This document shows, piece by piece, positions 12,826 to 25,532 of a stretch of DNA of 64,000 nt (positions are counted from its first letter, which is position 1; every line of letters starts with the position of its first letter). This stretch comes from Octopus bimaculoides. Taxonomy: Eukaryota. Both the position numbers and the translations under genes were made by a program. Under the pieces are notes generated by a model, which searched no databases, had not been told where the DNA came from, and worked only from the letters and a program-made list of their open reading frames with translations. The stretch spans positions 4,920,108 to 4,984,107 of the forward strand of contig NC_069001.1 in assembly GCF_001194135.2 (NCBI RefSeq), written 5' to 3'.

Positions 12826-13705
12826 CAGGGTGGGTGGAAAGTAACTAGGTGTAAGAAATTGCTTATAGAATTTTTACTGTCACTAAAGTCATGACAAATT
12901 CATTTTTAAGCAGACAGCACTAATGGGAATTTTGTATTTTCTTATTGTTTTATTTCTTATTCCTTATTTTCCAGATGGCCAGTCACTTGACTGTTCAAGA
13001 GCGTGCTAAGATAGCAGCACGCTATGAAGTGTGAGATTCCATAGTTTTGGTTCAGAGATGGTGGCATGCATTGAGAGGTAAGCATGCGACACTACGCCAG
13101 AAGGCAATGAAAAGTTGTTATGCAAAGCTGATGGCCGTGGGCTCTGTGAACGATGCAAGAAAAAGTGACTGTCCAACCACATCCCGAATGGTGGAGAATG
13201 TGGCAACAATGCAGAAAATGTTTAATCGCAGCCTGCAAAAATCAACACGTCAACAGCTCGTAAAAGTGGTCTAAGAAGACACACAATACGTATGGCGTTG
13301 TATAACGCGCGGAATTTTCATTCGTGGAAACCCCATTACGTGAAGGAGCTAAAACCCGAAGACTGTGACCGCAGAAGTCCGGAACTCCAAGAAGTCCAGC
13401 CCTCACTCCATGTGATTTTTACCTGTGGGGTTACACAAAAGAGGAGGTGTACAAGACAAAACCTCGCACACTGGAGGACTTGGAGACACGGATTCATGAG
13501 GTTCTCAATGATATCCCAGATAATGTCCTTCAGAAAGGTGTTCTTCATTCTATCCGTGGCTGTTTGAAGAAAATGGTTGATGCCACCGGTGTTTACGTTG
13601 AAATATGAAGATTTACTCTTTCATTTTCCCATGAAATAAAGAACATTTATCATTTGTTTCAATAAATTTGTAAAAGGAATATGGATTTTATTTCCAATTT
13701 TTAAT
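12826..13705 (+). mobile_element. Internally deleted Tc1/mariner element (DUF4817-type N-terminal HTH)
   Basis: MASHLTVQERAKIAARYEV...VQRWW...GSVNDARKS; C-terminal SPCDFYLWGYTKEEVYKTKPRTLEDLETRI in an unlisted frame; stops and frameshifts. Confidence 0.85.
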
Positions 13706-14721
13706 NNNNNNNNNNNNNNNNNNNNNNNNNNNNNNNNNNNNNNNNNNNNNNNNNNNNNNNNNNNNNNNNNNNNNNNNNNNNNNNNNNNNNNNNNNNNNNN
13801 NNNNNNNNNNNNNNNNNNNNNNNNNNNNNNNNNNNNNNNNNNNNNNNNNNNNNNNNNNNNNNNNNNNNNNNNNNNNNNNNNNNNNNNNNNNNNNNNNNNN
13901 NNNNNNNNNNNNNNNNNNNNNNNNNNNNNNNNNNNNNNNNNNNNNNNNNNNNNNNNNNNNNNNNNNNNNNNNNNNNNNNNNNNNNNNNNNNNNNNNNNNN
14001 NNNNNNNNNNNNNNNNNNNNNNNAACCTTCGACCCACACAATTTAAATTTAATTAAACAACAATATAACTATATCTGTACATTTCTTTTTAAAAAGTAAT
14101 TGAAGAGTTGGCAGTATCGGTAGAGCACCAGACTGAACGATATGTGTTGTTTAGTGACGCCTCCTTCTGTTCAGAGTACAATTCCCGACTGGCGTCCTTA
14201 AAGATAACGAATATTTCATCTCTTAACCCTTTACCCTCAAAAATATGAAGCTATCTGTCAATGTCAAAAATCACTACTACTACTACTACTAATTGGTTCT
14301 CCGTCTGTTACGACGACGAGTGTGCCAGTTGATTCGATCAATAGAACGACCTGCTCTTGAAATTAACATGCAAGTGGCTGAGCACTCCACGGACACGCAT
14401 AACCTTTAACGTAGTTGTTAGGGAGATTCACCGTGACACAGGGTGTGACAAGGCTCGCTCCTTTGGTTTGTAGGTGCAATGCGTTTTCGCTAGCTGAGTG
14501 GACTGGAGCAATGGAGAAATAAAGTGTCTTGCACAAGGACACAACAGCGCGCCACCGGGTATCGAACTGTCGACCATACGTTCATGAGTCGAATACCCTG
14601 ACCACTAAGCCTCGAACCTTTACTACTACTACTACTACTACTACTACTCCGTCTATTATTACCTTTGTCCTCAACAGCATTACTACTGCTACTACTACAG
14701 TTGCTGCAGCTACTACTACTA

Positions 14722-14752
<31 letters not shown>

Positions 14753-15226
14753 CAGAGCTGAAAAAAATCGTTAGCATATTGGACAAGATGCTTGGCGGCA
14801 TTTCTTCCTTCCGCCTCCTTATGTTTGTGTTCAAATTCCGCTGAGGTTTAATTTACCTTTCGTCCTCCTAGAAATATAATTACCGGCCAAGTACTGTGTT
14901 TGATGGTATCAGCTAATATACCCCTCCCCACTTTCGCCTCAATTGCTAGCCGTCTGTTCGTTTTTTTCTTTCCTTGTTTCTGTATACATTCGCTGCTTTC
15001 TTCCAAGGAATCTAATGCTCTTAGCTTAGTTTTTCCTTGGGGCTGGCCAGATTGGAGCAATATTGAGAATAACCAGCCGAAATTGTAAGGATAATCTGGA
15101 TCTTGACTGAAGAAAGAAAATTCCGAATGACCTGTCCGTGTTTTCTTTGTATCGTCTATCTGGATGTTTTGTCCCTTTCTTGTATCACCTAACTGCCTTG
15201 ATGTTTTGCGTTCTTGTCCCATTCTG

Positions 15227-15266
<40 letters not shown>

Positions 15267-15419
15267 CATGGGGTGTTTAGTTCACTGATCTCAACCAATA
15301 GGTAAGCTGCGTAAGTGCTATAATTGGTCATCCTTTAGGCTCCAAGTTCTCAGCTGAGGCTGGCGCTAGGAATCTGTAATAGGCTCTTGAGTCAGTGGGT
15401 GTATATTAAAGGAAGATGA

Positions 15420-15870
15420 ACAACAAAATCAAGACAGGAGGAGCCTCTCAGGTCATTTAGAGTATTTAATTAAAGTAAGGTGAATCAAAAGGAGAAGTAG
15501 AAGTAATTAATGTCTTACAGCTGTTTCTGAGATATCGCAGGTAATGGGTCAACACCCTCATACACTGAGCATTCCGTTATTAGAGACAAGGTGTGTATGC
15601 AGGAAAGTTCCAGAAAGATAATTCACCGTACATAGAAGAATATATAAATACTGTTTTATTCTTCTATCTACAATGAGTTCTCTGTCTGGAACTTCCCTGT
15701 ATACACACCTTGTCTCTGATGATGGAATACCCAGTGTATGAGGGTGTCGAACCATTACCTGGGATATTCCAGAAACAGCTGTAAGGCATTAATTACTTAT
15801 ACTTCTGCTTTTGATTTGTCCTGCTCTAATTAAATATTCTAAATGACCTGAGACGCTCCTCCTGCCTTGG
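15420..15870. mobile_element. Inverted pair of Penelope-type terminal repeats (pseudo-LTR-like)
   Basis: About 15420-15635 is an imperfect reverse complement of about 15660-15870; the minus arm carries a decayed hammerhead (CUAAUAA core). Confidence 0.6.
15711..15788 (+). ncRNA. Type I hammerhead ribozyme, Penelope-associated type
   Basis: Stem I UGUCU/AGGCA; core CUGAUGA (15716-15722); 12-bp stem II with one bulge (15723-15734 / 15759-15771); GAAA (15772-15775); palindromic stem III ACAGCUGU; GUA cleavage triplet (15781-15783). Confidence 0.75.
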
Positions 15871-15906
15871 TTTTGTTTTCCTTTACCTTTAATACGTATA
15901 TATATA

Positions 15907-16678
15907 CGAGGGGCTACCCCAAAGAAACTGGAATTTTGCAATCGCCTTCAAAGTGTTCTCCATTTGAAGCAATGCATCGGTCCAGGTGCGTTTTCCATTA
16001 TCCGAAGCGGTCCTGGAACTCTTGTGAAGTGATTCCTTTTAACGCCTCCATCATTTTTTTCAACATCTTCCACATCTTCAAATTCCGTAGCTCCAGCTTT
16101 CTTCACCAGTGATGACCTTTGAAAAAAGGTCCGGATCAACTTCCAACTTTTCTTTGAGTTCGTGACACGCATTCAGTCGTGACTGCTTTTGATCTTCCGG
16201 AAGCAATCGACACACACATTTTGCTGCAAACTTTTTTTTCATTCGCAATTCCTCCTCACTCAAAATTTGTTGCCAGGAGCTCCAGGACTCACCAATCATA
16301 TCAAAAAGCTCGTCAATTATTTGGTGGCTGTCCTTCAAGATCAGTTCATGAATTTTCATGATGTTTTCATTCATTCGGGAAGTTGACGGTCGTTCGGAAC
16401 GAAGTTGATCTTCAAGGTGTTTGAAGCTTGTCAACTGTTTCCACCGCCGTTTAGAAGCACGCTGTTCCTTCATTTCAGCCATTACAAAAATTGATAAACA
16501 GACGAGAAGCACTACAAAACAAAGACGCACCATGTTGCAATACAGCCTAAGCCAACGCCGCTGGTTGGCAGACTGATGCCTGAGGGTCGCATCAAGTGGC
16601 TTCTAGAGGCGGAAGCCTGAACTAAAACGGGTTTGCCCTGCAGCGAACGCTTCCAGTTATTTTGGAGGTACCCCTTCG
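15907..16678 (-). mobile_element. Internally deleted mariner with both TIRs and TA target duplication
   Basis: ta|cgagggctaccccaaagaaactggaa ... ttccagttattttggaggtaccccttcg|ta; transposase remnant ..DPDLFSKVITGEESWSYG. Confidence 0.9.
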
Positions 16679-16687
16679 TATATATGA

Positions 16688-16734
<47 letters not shown>

Positions 16735-16737
16735 TGT

Positions 16738-16775
<38 letters not shown>

Positions 16776-17713
16776 TCTTTTATTCTTTTACTGGTTTGAG
16801 TGTCCCCTCGTATATATATTCTTTTATTCTTTTACTTGTTTTAGAAATTTTGACAGTAGCCGTGCTGGAACACCGCCTTCAAGGGTTTAGTCGAATGAAT
16901 CGGCCCTAGAATCATGAAGCTACAAAGATGTAAACAAACCGTCACCAGTTGTCAAAGTAGTGGTGAGGGACAAACATAAGCAGAAAGACACACACACACA
17001 CACACACATAATATGATGAGGCTTCTTTCGTTTTCCATCTACCGAATGCATTGACAAGGCAGTGATTGATCCGGGGCCATTGTAAAAGATACTTGCTCAA
17101 GGTGCCGTGCAGCAGGACTGAACCTAAGACCTCGTAGTTGGGAAACAAACTTCTTAACCACACAGCCATCTATTCATCTATTAGTCTTTCTCTTCTCATA
17201 CTTATTCGTACTTTGCTTTAAATATATATCGATATAATACTACTAATTTAGTATTAGATAAGTAAAAGAATGATTTGCAGGGACGCCTTCTGCAGGAGAA
17301 ATAAACCGATTCAGGCTAATGCAAAGTTAATGCCCTTGGATAATTCTTCCGTCCAGTTATTATCGTTATTAGTAGTCTCTCACACAAAATCAATATATAC
17401 GAATCAATTTTATCGGATCTGACAGATATTGATACGGGTGTTTCACTGATGAGGGATAATAAGACCGAAACGTGTCCCTGTTTTATGTTAAAGCACAGAT
17501 TTACTCATATTTGATAATTCTTTCTTTCTTTTTTTTTTCGAATTTCGAAGTTATGTCCCTTGTTTCTTCTTCTTCTTATTATTATTATAAGGGAAAAGGA
17601 AGAGACCCCGTAAGACCTTTGACAACAGGTTGCTGTACGCTCTTACAGACTAACCTAAGTACAATCGAGAGTGCAGGGAAGTACAATGGAAATGATGATG
17701 ACGATGATAATAA

Positions 17714-17754
<41 letters not shown>

Positions 17755-17836
17755 TTCTACTCTTTTAATTGTTTCAGTCATTTGNNNNNNNNNNNNNNNN
17801 NNNNNNNNNNNNNNNNNNNNNNNNNNNNNNNNNNNN

Positions 17837-17868
<32 letters not shown>

Positions 17869-19258
17869 GACGGGCTTCTTTCAGTTTCCATCTACCAAAT
17901 CCACTCACAAGGCTTTGATCGGCTCGAGGCTATAGAAGAAGACATTGCCCAAGATGCCACGCAGTAGGACTGAACCCAGAACCACGTGGTTTGTAAGCAA
18001 GCTACTTACCACACAGCCACTCCTACGCCTAATGATAATAATAATAATAATTCTCTGATATAGATCCAGGAACTGGCTCTTATGGTTTCTGATCTTAACT
18101 GATTGGAAGTGTTATCATGTACATTGTTATGTTTTGGTATAAAAGATGGGCTACAGCAAATGTTCTGCTCAATACCACAGATTTGATTGTCAGTTATTTG
18201 ACCTTAACCATTTGAGCATGTCCTTTATTGGCTGACGATATGTGCATCTCTGATCACGAGCGAGATGGGCTACTCGACCTGAAGAAAATTCTAACTGGCC
18301 CCCACCTACAAGGCCATACGCTGTTTATCTTGATATGAGATCACCAAATCGCGTGCATATTGTGATGCATGTGCCTGGTATACCCCTATCAGACGGGTGG
18401 ACCTGATAGGCATACTGGGCTTCGTTATTTGTACCCTAGTATCACTTTGATGGCATGCACTGCTGTCGCACTCAATAATAATAATAACGATGAAATCTTG
18501 GAAATAACTAATTTTTAAAAATATCTTAAATTTGAAAAGTGGTTATTATAAAGGACTTTGAATTGAAATAAATTATTGAACAAACTTCGGTGTTTTTGTG
18601 GTGTTACCTTTTTATTAATTTTTTTTTTTAGGGACAGGAGTTTACAAAAGGACCAGAAGAATCAGAGCATATATTGATATAAGCAGTCTTTGGGCTGTTC
18701 CATTGTTATATGATGTACCTTTGCTAGTTGTGCTATATAATGGCTTCTTAGTAACATGTGGCGTCGATCTGTTAAAGTCTGGACTGTCGGATGACAACGT
18801 TGAGATGACGGTCGTAAAATCTGCAGTAATAAATTAAAAAAAATATATATATGTATATACATATGTATACATGTATATATATATATTCACACATGTGTAT
18901 GTGTCTGCACGGACGGTTATGTGGAGTTCGTAGGTATATAATGAACTACATGTCTCTATACATTCATGCGCGTGTGTCGTTTTGTATAAGTATTTTGATA
19001 AAGTAATGGGAGACACTAACAATACGCACGTCACATTTATGTCCCATATACTGCCACTAACATCAAATAACAGCCTTGTTCTGATTGAATGTAGCAACAC
19101 CAATAAATAAGAAATGTGATTGTTGATCGTAGCATTTCTCCCAAGAAACTCGCTCATGTAAAATATGTACATACATATAGATGTATACACATGTTCGTCT
19201 ACCGCAGGGGTTCTTAACTATTTTTTTTTATCTATGGACCCCTTTGATAACTATTTTA

Positions 19259-19830
19259 GGATCTTTTTTAAAACGGAGGCCACATTTTTCATTAACGAAA
19301 CACTTTGAAACTGGGAACACTGGTAGAATGTGTCATATAAAACATGTTTTTCTCTTAGACTTCTTTAAAAAAAAAGAAATCCATAAATTATTCCATGTTA
19401 AAGTTGTCGTATTTCTGTAATTTCAACCAATCACTGACGTCCATTCAGCCGATATACATTAAGTGCCGACTACATAAACAAACGATTCTGAAACAATTAA
19501 CCCTAACCCTAACCCTAACTCTAACCCTAGGGTTAGGGTTAAGGTTAGGGTTAGGGTTAAAGCAAATTTAAAATGAAAAAAGCAAATAAAACGAAGAATC
19601 GTTTGTTTATGTAGTCGGCACTTAATGTATATCGGCTGAATGGACGTCAGTGATTGGTTGAAATTATCGAAATAAGACAATTTTTTACATGAAATAAATT
19701 CGAATACAAAAATATTTTTCTGTTCTATAACACAAGATAGATAAGTATACGAAGTTTGAAAGTCTTTCGGTACCAAAAGCACTACGTAAAACATTAATGG
19801 AAAATGGGGCCCCCGTTTTAAAAAAGATCC
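19259..19830. mobile_element. Merlin-like palindromic MITE with internal telomere-type repeats
   Basis: Termini GGATC...GATCC; exact 8-bp TSD CTATTTTA (19251-19258, 19831-19838); arms are reverse complements; core (TAACCC)5-(GGGTTA)5 at 19498-19559. Confidence 0.8.
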
Positions 19831-20049
19831 CTATTTTATTCTGTTGGACCCCCATAGCCATTCAATGTTTAAAAACTAGCTTTATATATTCTTCTTTCAA
19901 AATTCCTGTTTTATTTTTCGCACATTTACTTGTGTAGAGAGAATACTCAATATATACTAACACACACTTTTGCCATTTTAGTTTCTCTATTAACCGTCCT
20001 CGCGACTCCCTTCGTATCAACGACGGGCACCGCGAACTATACGATGTAA

Positions 20050-20620
20050 ATCCCGAGTTACTCGTGGTCGGTGAACTTCTAATAAACATGCGAAGGTGAT
20101 TTATCAATTCAAAAATCGATACTCACGAAATAATCATGCTTTCTGATTTTTTAATGCTAAAAACCTTCCTGACGACTGTCTATGTAATCCCGAAAAATAT
20201 CGTAACCACTGGTCGAGCCGTCTGGCCGTAAAGAGGGAACAGACAGACGGACATAACGCCCATTATAATAAGATAGCAAATCTGCCCATCGACGGTGGGA
20301 AATAAAGGGATAGCATCGCAATTCTAAACCCTCTAAATTCACGAAGTATACGGTGGGGTGGGGATATCCAGAGTTGATCTGCGTTGCAGGAATTTTAACA
20401 GAAACAAAAAAAAGATTAAAGGTAATTTATTAATACAAAACTCAATATCCACTAAATAATCATATTTTTTCTCATTTTTTTCGCTAAAAACCTTCCTGAT
20501 TAGCATCTCCCTAGTCCCGAAGAGCATCGTGGCCATTGGTCCAGCCGTTTGATCGTGAAGAGGGAACAGACAGGCAAGCATACGAACAGACGGACATAAC
20601 ACACATTATAATAAGATTCC
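20050..20620. mobile_element. Two tandem non-autonomous repeats, Helitron/Lep1-like
   Basis: Duplicated aaaaaccttcctga...ccgt(c/t)tg...agagggaacagacag...attataataagat blocks; family assignment by recall. Confidence 0.45.
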
Positions 20621-21066
20621 ATCTCCCCTAAGTTGGTTACTGCCGCTGGGTCCGGCAGAAGAAGCCCGCTTATTTTGCAAATAACTAACATACGTCACGG
20701 TCATACAACCATCCACCGTACAGGAACGAAGTTCGCTTAGGGAGTGCAAAACCAGATCCAAAATTTTTATGAACAAATTCGATATTTTAAGATCTTAATA
20801 ACAAAACAAGACCAGGTATAATAGTAATAATAATAATTATCATATTTGTACAACAATCAAATCAGATAAATTCAATAACGGAAAAGTAATGTGTGTGTGT
20901 GTGTGTGGCCTGTGTGTTTTCTGTGCTCTATTTATGTTCTGTTTCTCATTTTGTCCACGTTTTTTTGTAACGTCCTGTACCCAGATATGCATCTATATAT
21001 ACATGTAGATGTAGGTATGTACACACATGCACGTATATATGCATATACTCACATATTATTTGTATT

Positions 21067-21142
<76 letters not shown>

Positions 21143-23687
21143 ATTTATCAAATCTGACCCTGAGGAGATACAATATTCCATATTTTATAACATACAGNNN
21201 NNNNNNNNNNNNNNNNNNNNNNNNNNNNNNNNNNNNNNNNNNNNNNNNNNNNNNNNNNNNNNNNNNNNNNNNNNNNNNNNNNNNNNNNNNNNNNNNNNNN
21301 NNNNNNNNNNNNNNNNNNNNNNNNNNNNNNNNNNNNNNNNNNNNNNNNNNNNNNNNNNNNNNNNNNNNNNNNNNNNNNNNNNNNNNNNNNNNNNNNNNNN
21401 NNNNNNNNNNNNNNNNNNNNNNNNNNNNNNNNNNNNNNNNNNNNNNNNNNNNNNNNNNNNNNNNNNNNNNNNNNNNNNNNNNNNNNNNNNNNNNNNNNNN
21501 NNNNNNNNNNNNNNNNNNNNNNNNNNNNNNNNNNNNNNNNNNNNNNNNNNNNNNNNNNNNNNNNNNNNNNNNNNNNNNNNNNNNNNNNNNNNNNNNNNNN
21601 NNNNNNNNNNNNNNNNNNNNNNNNNNNNNNNNNNNNNNNNNNNNNNNNNNNNNNNNNNNNNNNNNNNNNNNNNNNNNNNNNNNNNNNNNNNNNNNNNNNN
21701 NNNNNNNNNNNNNNNNNNNNNNNNNNNNNNNNNNNNNNNNNNNNNNNNNNNNNNNNNNNNNNNNNNNNNNNNNNNNNNNNNNNNNNNNNNNNNNNNNNNN
21801 NNNNNNNNNNNNNNNNNNNNNNNNNNNNNNNNNNNNNNNNNNNNNNNNNNNNNNNNNNNNNNNNNNNNNNNNNNNNNNNNNNNNNNNNNNNNNNNNNNNN
21901 NNNNNNNNNNNNNNNNNNTATATATATATATATATTTCTGATCATCATCATCATCATTTAACGTCCGTTGTCCATGCCGACATGGGTTGGACGGTTTGAC
22001 CAGGGATGGTAAGCTGGAAGGCTGCACCAGGTTCCATACTGATTTGGCATGATTTCTATAGCCGGGTGCCTTTCCTAACGCCAACCATTCTCAGAGTGTG
22101 ATGGGTCCTTTTACGTGCCATTTGTGTGACACACATACACGTGTGCACTGACGTGCACGCAGATACACACACACACTCAATCACGCACACATACATGCAC
22201 ACACACGTACACGTGCGCACGCGGGCACACACACACACATACACACACGCACTCTCTCATACACATACACATACATGAGCACACATACATGCACACACAT
22301 ATACATGCGCACACATATACATATACACACATACCTGCGCACATTTGTACACATACACATGCACACACATACACATATATGCACACACTTGCACACACAT
22401 ACATGTGCGCATTCAGTCAAACGCACACACACATACACACATATGCATACACAAGACGTGCTTCTGCACAGTTTCCATCAAATCCACTCAGACGGTATTG
22501 GTTGGCCCATTGTTATAGTTTGTAGGAGGAAACACTTGCGCAATAGAATTGAACCTGAAATCACATGGCAGCAAAAAGAGCTTCTTAACCACACAACCAT
22601 TAAAACCAATGGTCAAGAAAAAGATTTTAATCACATATTTTTTTCAGGATTTGTGTTGTCTGGGTTTCAACAACCAAGGTGTCCTTCAGGATTTTCAGAA
22701 CGGAAGGGTGGATTTGGTTACTGTTTCTNNNNNNNNNNNNNNNNNNNNNNNNNNNNNNNNNNNNNNNNNNNNNNNNNNNNNNNNNNNNNNNNNNNNNNNN
22801 NNNNNNNNNNNNNNNNNNNNNNNNNNNNNNNNNNNNNNNNNNNNNNNNNNNNNNNNNNNNNNNNNNNNNNNNNNNNNNNNNNNNNNNNNNNNNNNNNNNN
22901 NNNNNNNNNNNNNNNNNNNNNNNNNNNNNNNNNNNNNNNNNNNNNNNNNNNNNNNNNNNNNNNNNNNNNNNNNNNNNNNNNNNNNNNNNNNNNNNNNNNN
23001 NNNNNNNNNNNNNNNNNNNNNNNNNNNNNNNNNNNNNNNNNNNNNNNNNNNNNNNNNNNNNNNNNNNNNNNNNNNNNNNNNNNNNNNNNNNNNNNNNNNN
23101 NNNNNNNNNNNNNNNNNNNNNNNNNNNNNNNNNNNNNNNNNNNNNNNNNNNNNNNNNNNNNNNNNNNNNNNNNNNNNNNNNNNNNNNNNNNNNNNNNNNN
23201 NNNNNNNNNNNNNNNNNNNNNNNNNNNNNNNNNNNNNNNNNNNNNNNNNNNNNNNNNNNNNNNNNNNNNNNNNNNNNNNNNNNNNNNNNNNNNNNNNNNN
23301 NNNNNNNNNNNNNNNNNNNNNNNNNNNNNNNNNNNNNNNNNNNNNNNNNNNNNNNNNNNNNNNNNNNNNNNNNNNNNNNNNNNNNNNNNNNNNNNNNNNN
23401 NNNNNNNNNNNNNNNNNNNNNNNNNNNNNNNNNNNNNNNNNNNNNNNNNNNNNNNNNNNNNNNNNNNNNNNNNNNNNNNNNNNNNNNNNNNNNNNNNNNN
23501 NNNNNNNNNNNNNNNNNNNNNNNNNNNNNNNNNNNNNNNNNNNNNNNNNNNNNNNNNNNNNNNNNNNNNNNNNNNNNNNNNNNNNNNNNNNNNNNNNNNN
23601 NNNNNNNNNNNNNNNNNNNNNNNNNNNNNNNNNNNNNNNNNNNNNNNNNNNNNNNNNNNNNNNNNNNNNNNNNNNNNNNNNNNNNNN

Positions 23688-24110
23688 AATAATAAATGCC
23701 CGGATGCAGTACCAGGCAGTGGCTCTCATAGCTTCTCATCTTAACTGATTGGAAGTGTTATCATGTACATTGTTATCATGTACGTCAGATTGATCTCCGA
23801 TAAAAGTTTCTGGTGTGCAGAAATCTTTGGGGTTTGAATAATTCACCTCTGGAAGCATGGCTGTTTCGTTCATCATCCTTAAACAAGCCGTATTCAGGGG
23901 CCTTTTGAATAGGATGAGCCACTCCAACTGAAGATAATTCTAACTGGGCCTCACCTGCAAGGTCATGCACTATTTACGTTGATATACGACCACCATGTCG
24001 CGCACATATGGTTGTGATGCATGTGCCTGGTGTACCCTTATCAGACGGGTAGTCATGATGGGTATACTGGGCTTTGTTTATTTGTATCCCAGTGTCACTT
24101 TCATCTCATG
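23688..24110. repeat. Near-identical direct repeat of 25820-26240
   Basis: Both copies share the same junction (..tgttatcatgtacgtcagattgatctccgataaaagtttctgg..) that is absent from the relative at 18060-18480. Confidence 0.9.
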
Positions 24111-24492
24111 CAATGCTTCCGCACTTCCTATCATAGTAGGTGCCTTAGGTATAATAAAAAAATATTCAGACAAATACATAACAAAAACACCAGGACTTAC
24201 AAATATATATAACATACAGAAAATTGCACTACTGGGCACTGCACACATCCTATGCAAAATACTTTCAATACAGTAACCATAAGAACATCACAGCAAACCA
24301 CAGCACATACCCAAGGCGCACAGAGCTGCGCTCAGTAGTGAAGTGAAAGCTCGTTATAAAAATAAAACTACTGAACAATAATAATAATAATAATAAATTA
24401 AGTACCAGCTGTGCACTGGGGATCGATCTAATTGCCTGTCCCCTCCCTCAAAATTTCAGGCCTTGTGTTTAGAGTAGAAAAGATTATCTTAC

Positions 24493-24747
24493 TTGGAGTG
24501 TCTGTGCTGTGATGGCTTGGTCCTGTTGTTGTCTCTTGAGCTGGAGACTGTGTGTTGTGAGCAGTTTGTGTAGTGTGTCTACCAGATGAAGTTGTGTCAT
24601 GAGACTGGCTGCTGGTTTTTACGTCTGTGCTCTGTGAACTATGATCTGTGACGATGGTTGTTTTGTCTGTTGTTAATTTCCTGGTATGTTGGCTTCCGGT
24701 GGATGTTACTTCAGACGACTTGTGCACGTGGACTTTTGTGATTCTTG
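24493..24747 (-). CDS. CD164/porimin-like sialomucin, Thr/Ser/His-rich mucin exon
   Basis: Poly-T tract plus ctag| acceptor, A|GTAAGA donor, 255 nt phase 1-1, open; (A)RITKVHVHKSSEVTSTGSQHT...HHSTDTP. Phase-compatible with exon 1 and with both terminal exons. Confidence 0.75.
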
Positions 24748-25113
24748 CTAGTTTTTGTAAAAAAAAAAAAAAAAAAATAATGATGAGTGAAAATTTTGTC
24801 AATATAGTTATAACAGTGAAAAACTTACGCTTATATAACCAAAATAAATATCTAAATAAATGAGTGAACATTTTTCGCATTATCAAGGAAATATTTTGTT
24901 GCATGCTGGGAGTGTCATTAGGCCAATAATAAACATATGCACAAGCTCCTTTCACTTTTATCATCATTATTATTATTGTTATTATTATCATTATCATAAC
25001 TGTTATAATTTGTTATTATTATTGTTGTTGTTATTATTATTATTATTATTATTATTTTCATTATTATTATTATTGTTATCATTGTTATTATTATTGCTGT
25101 TGTTGTTATTATT

Positions 25114-25166
<53 letters not shown>

Positions 25167-25186
25167 TATTATTATTATTATTATTA

Positions 25187-25532
25187 TTTTATGTTTGACT
25201 TTTGTTTTGCATTTGTACAAGTTGGATCCAAGTCTCACCCAGAGACCTCAAGAGACAACAAGTTAGAAGTTCATGTAGGTGTTATGCCTAGGGTACCATA
25301 TATTTGGATTTGTACAGTTTTGTTCAAGTGAATGTTTAAGAAACCATATTATTATTATTATTATTATCATCCTTGTCATAATAATAATAATAATGATAAT
25401 GATAATAATAATAGTAATAATAATAATAATAATAATGATAATAATAATAATAATAACTTGTTGTCTCTTGAGGTCTCTGGGTGAGACTTGGATCCAACTT
25501 GTACAAATGCAAAACAAAAGTCAAACATAAAA
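25187..25532. repeat. Perfect 79-bp inverted repeat (25187-25265 / 25454-25532)
   Basis: Arms checked base by base as exact reverse complements; (ATT)n/(AAT)n extend the symmetry outward. Confidence 0.9.

Noticed and set aside
17446-17480. ctgatga..gaaacgtgtc hammerhead-like core
   Set aside because: Stem II has only 2 bp and there is no stem I pairing; at best a decayed relic.
19498-19559. Telomere fusion or chromosome-end relic
   Set aside because: Orientation is (TAACCC)n-(GGGTTA)n, opposite to a fusion, and it sits inside a TSD-flanked MITE.
21027-23748. Long ORFs of 300-490 aa
   Set aside because: Read-through of N gaps and microsatellites.
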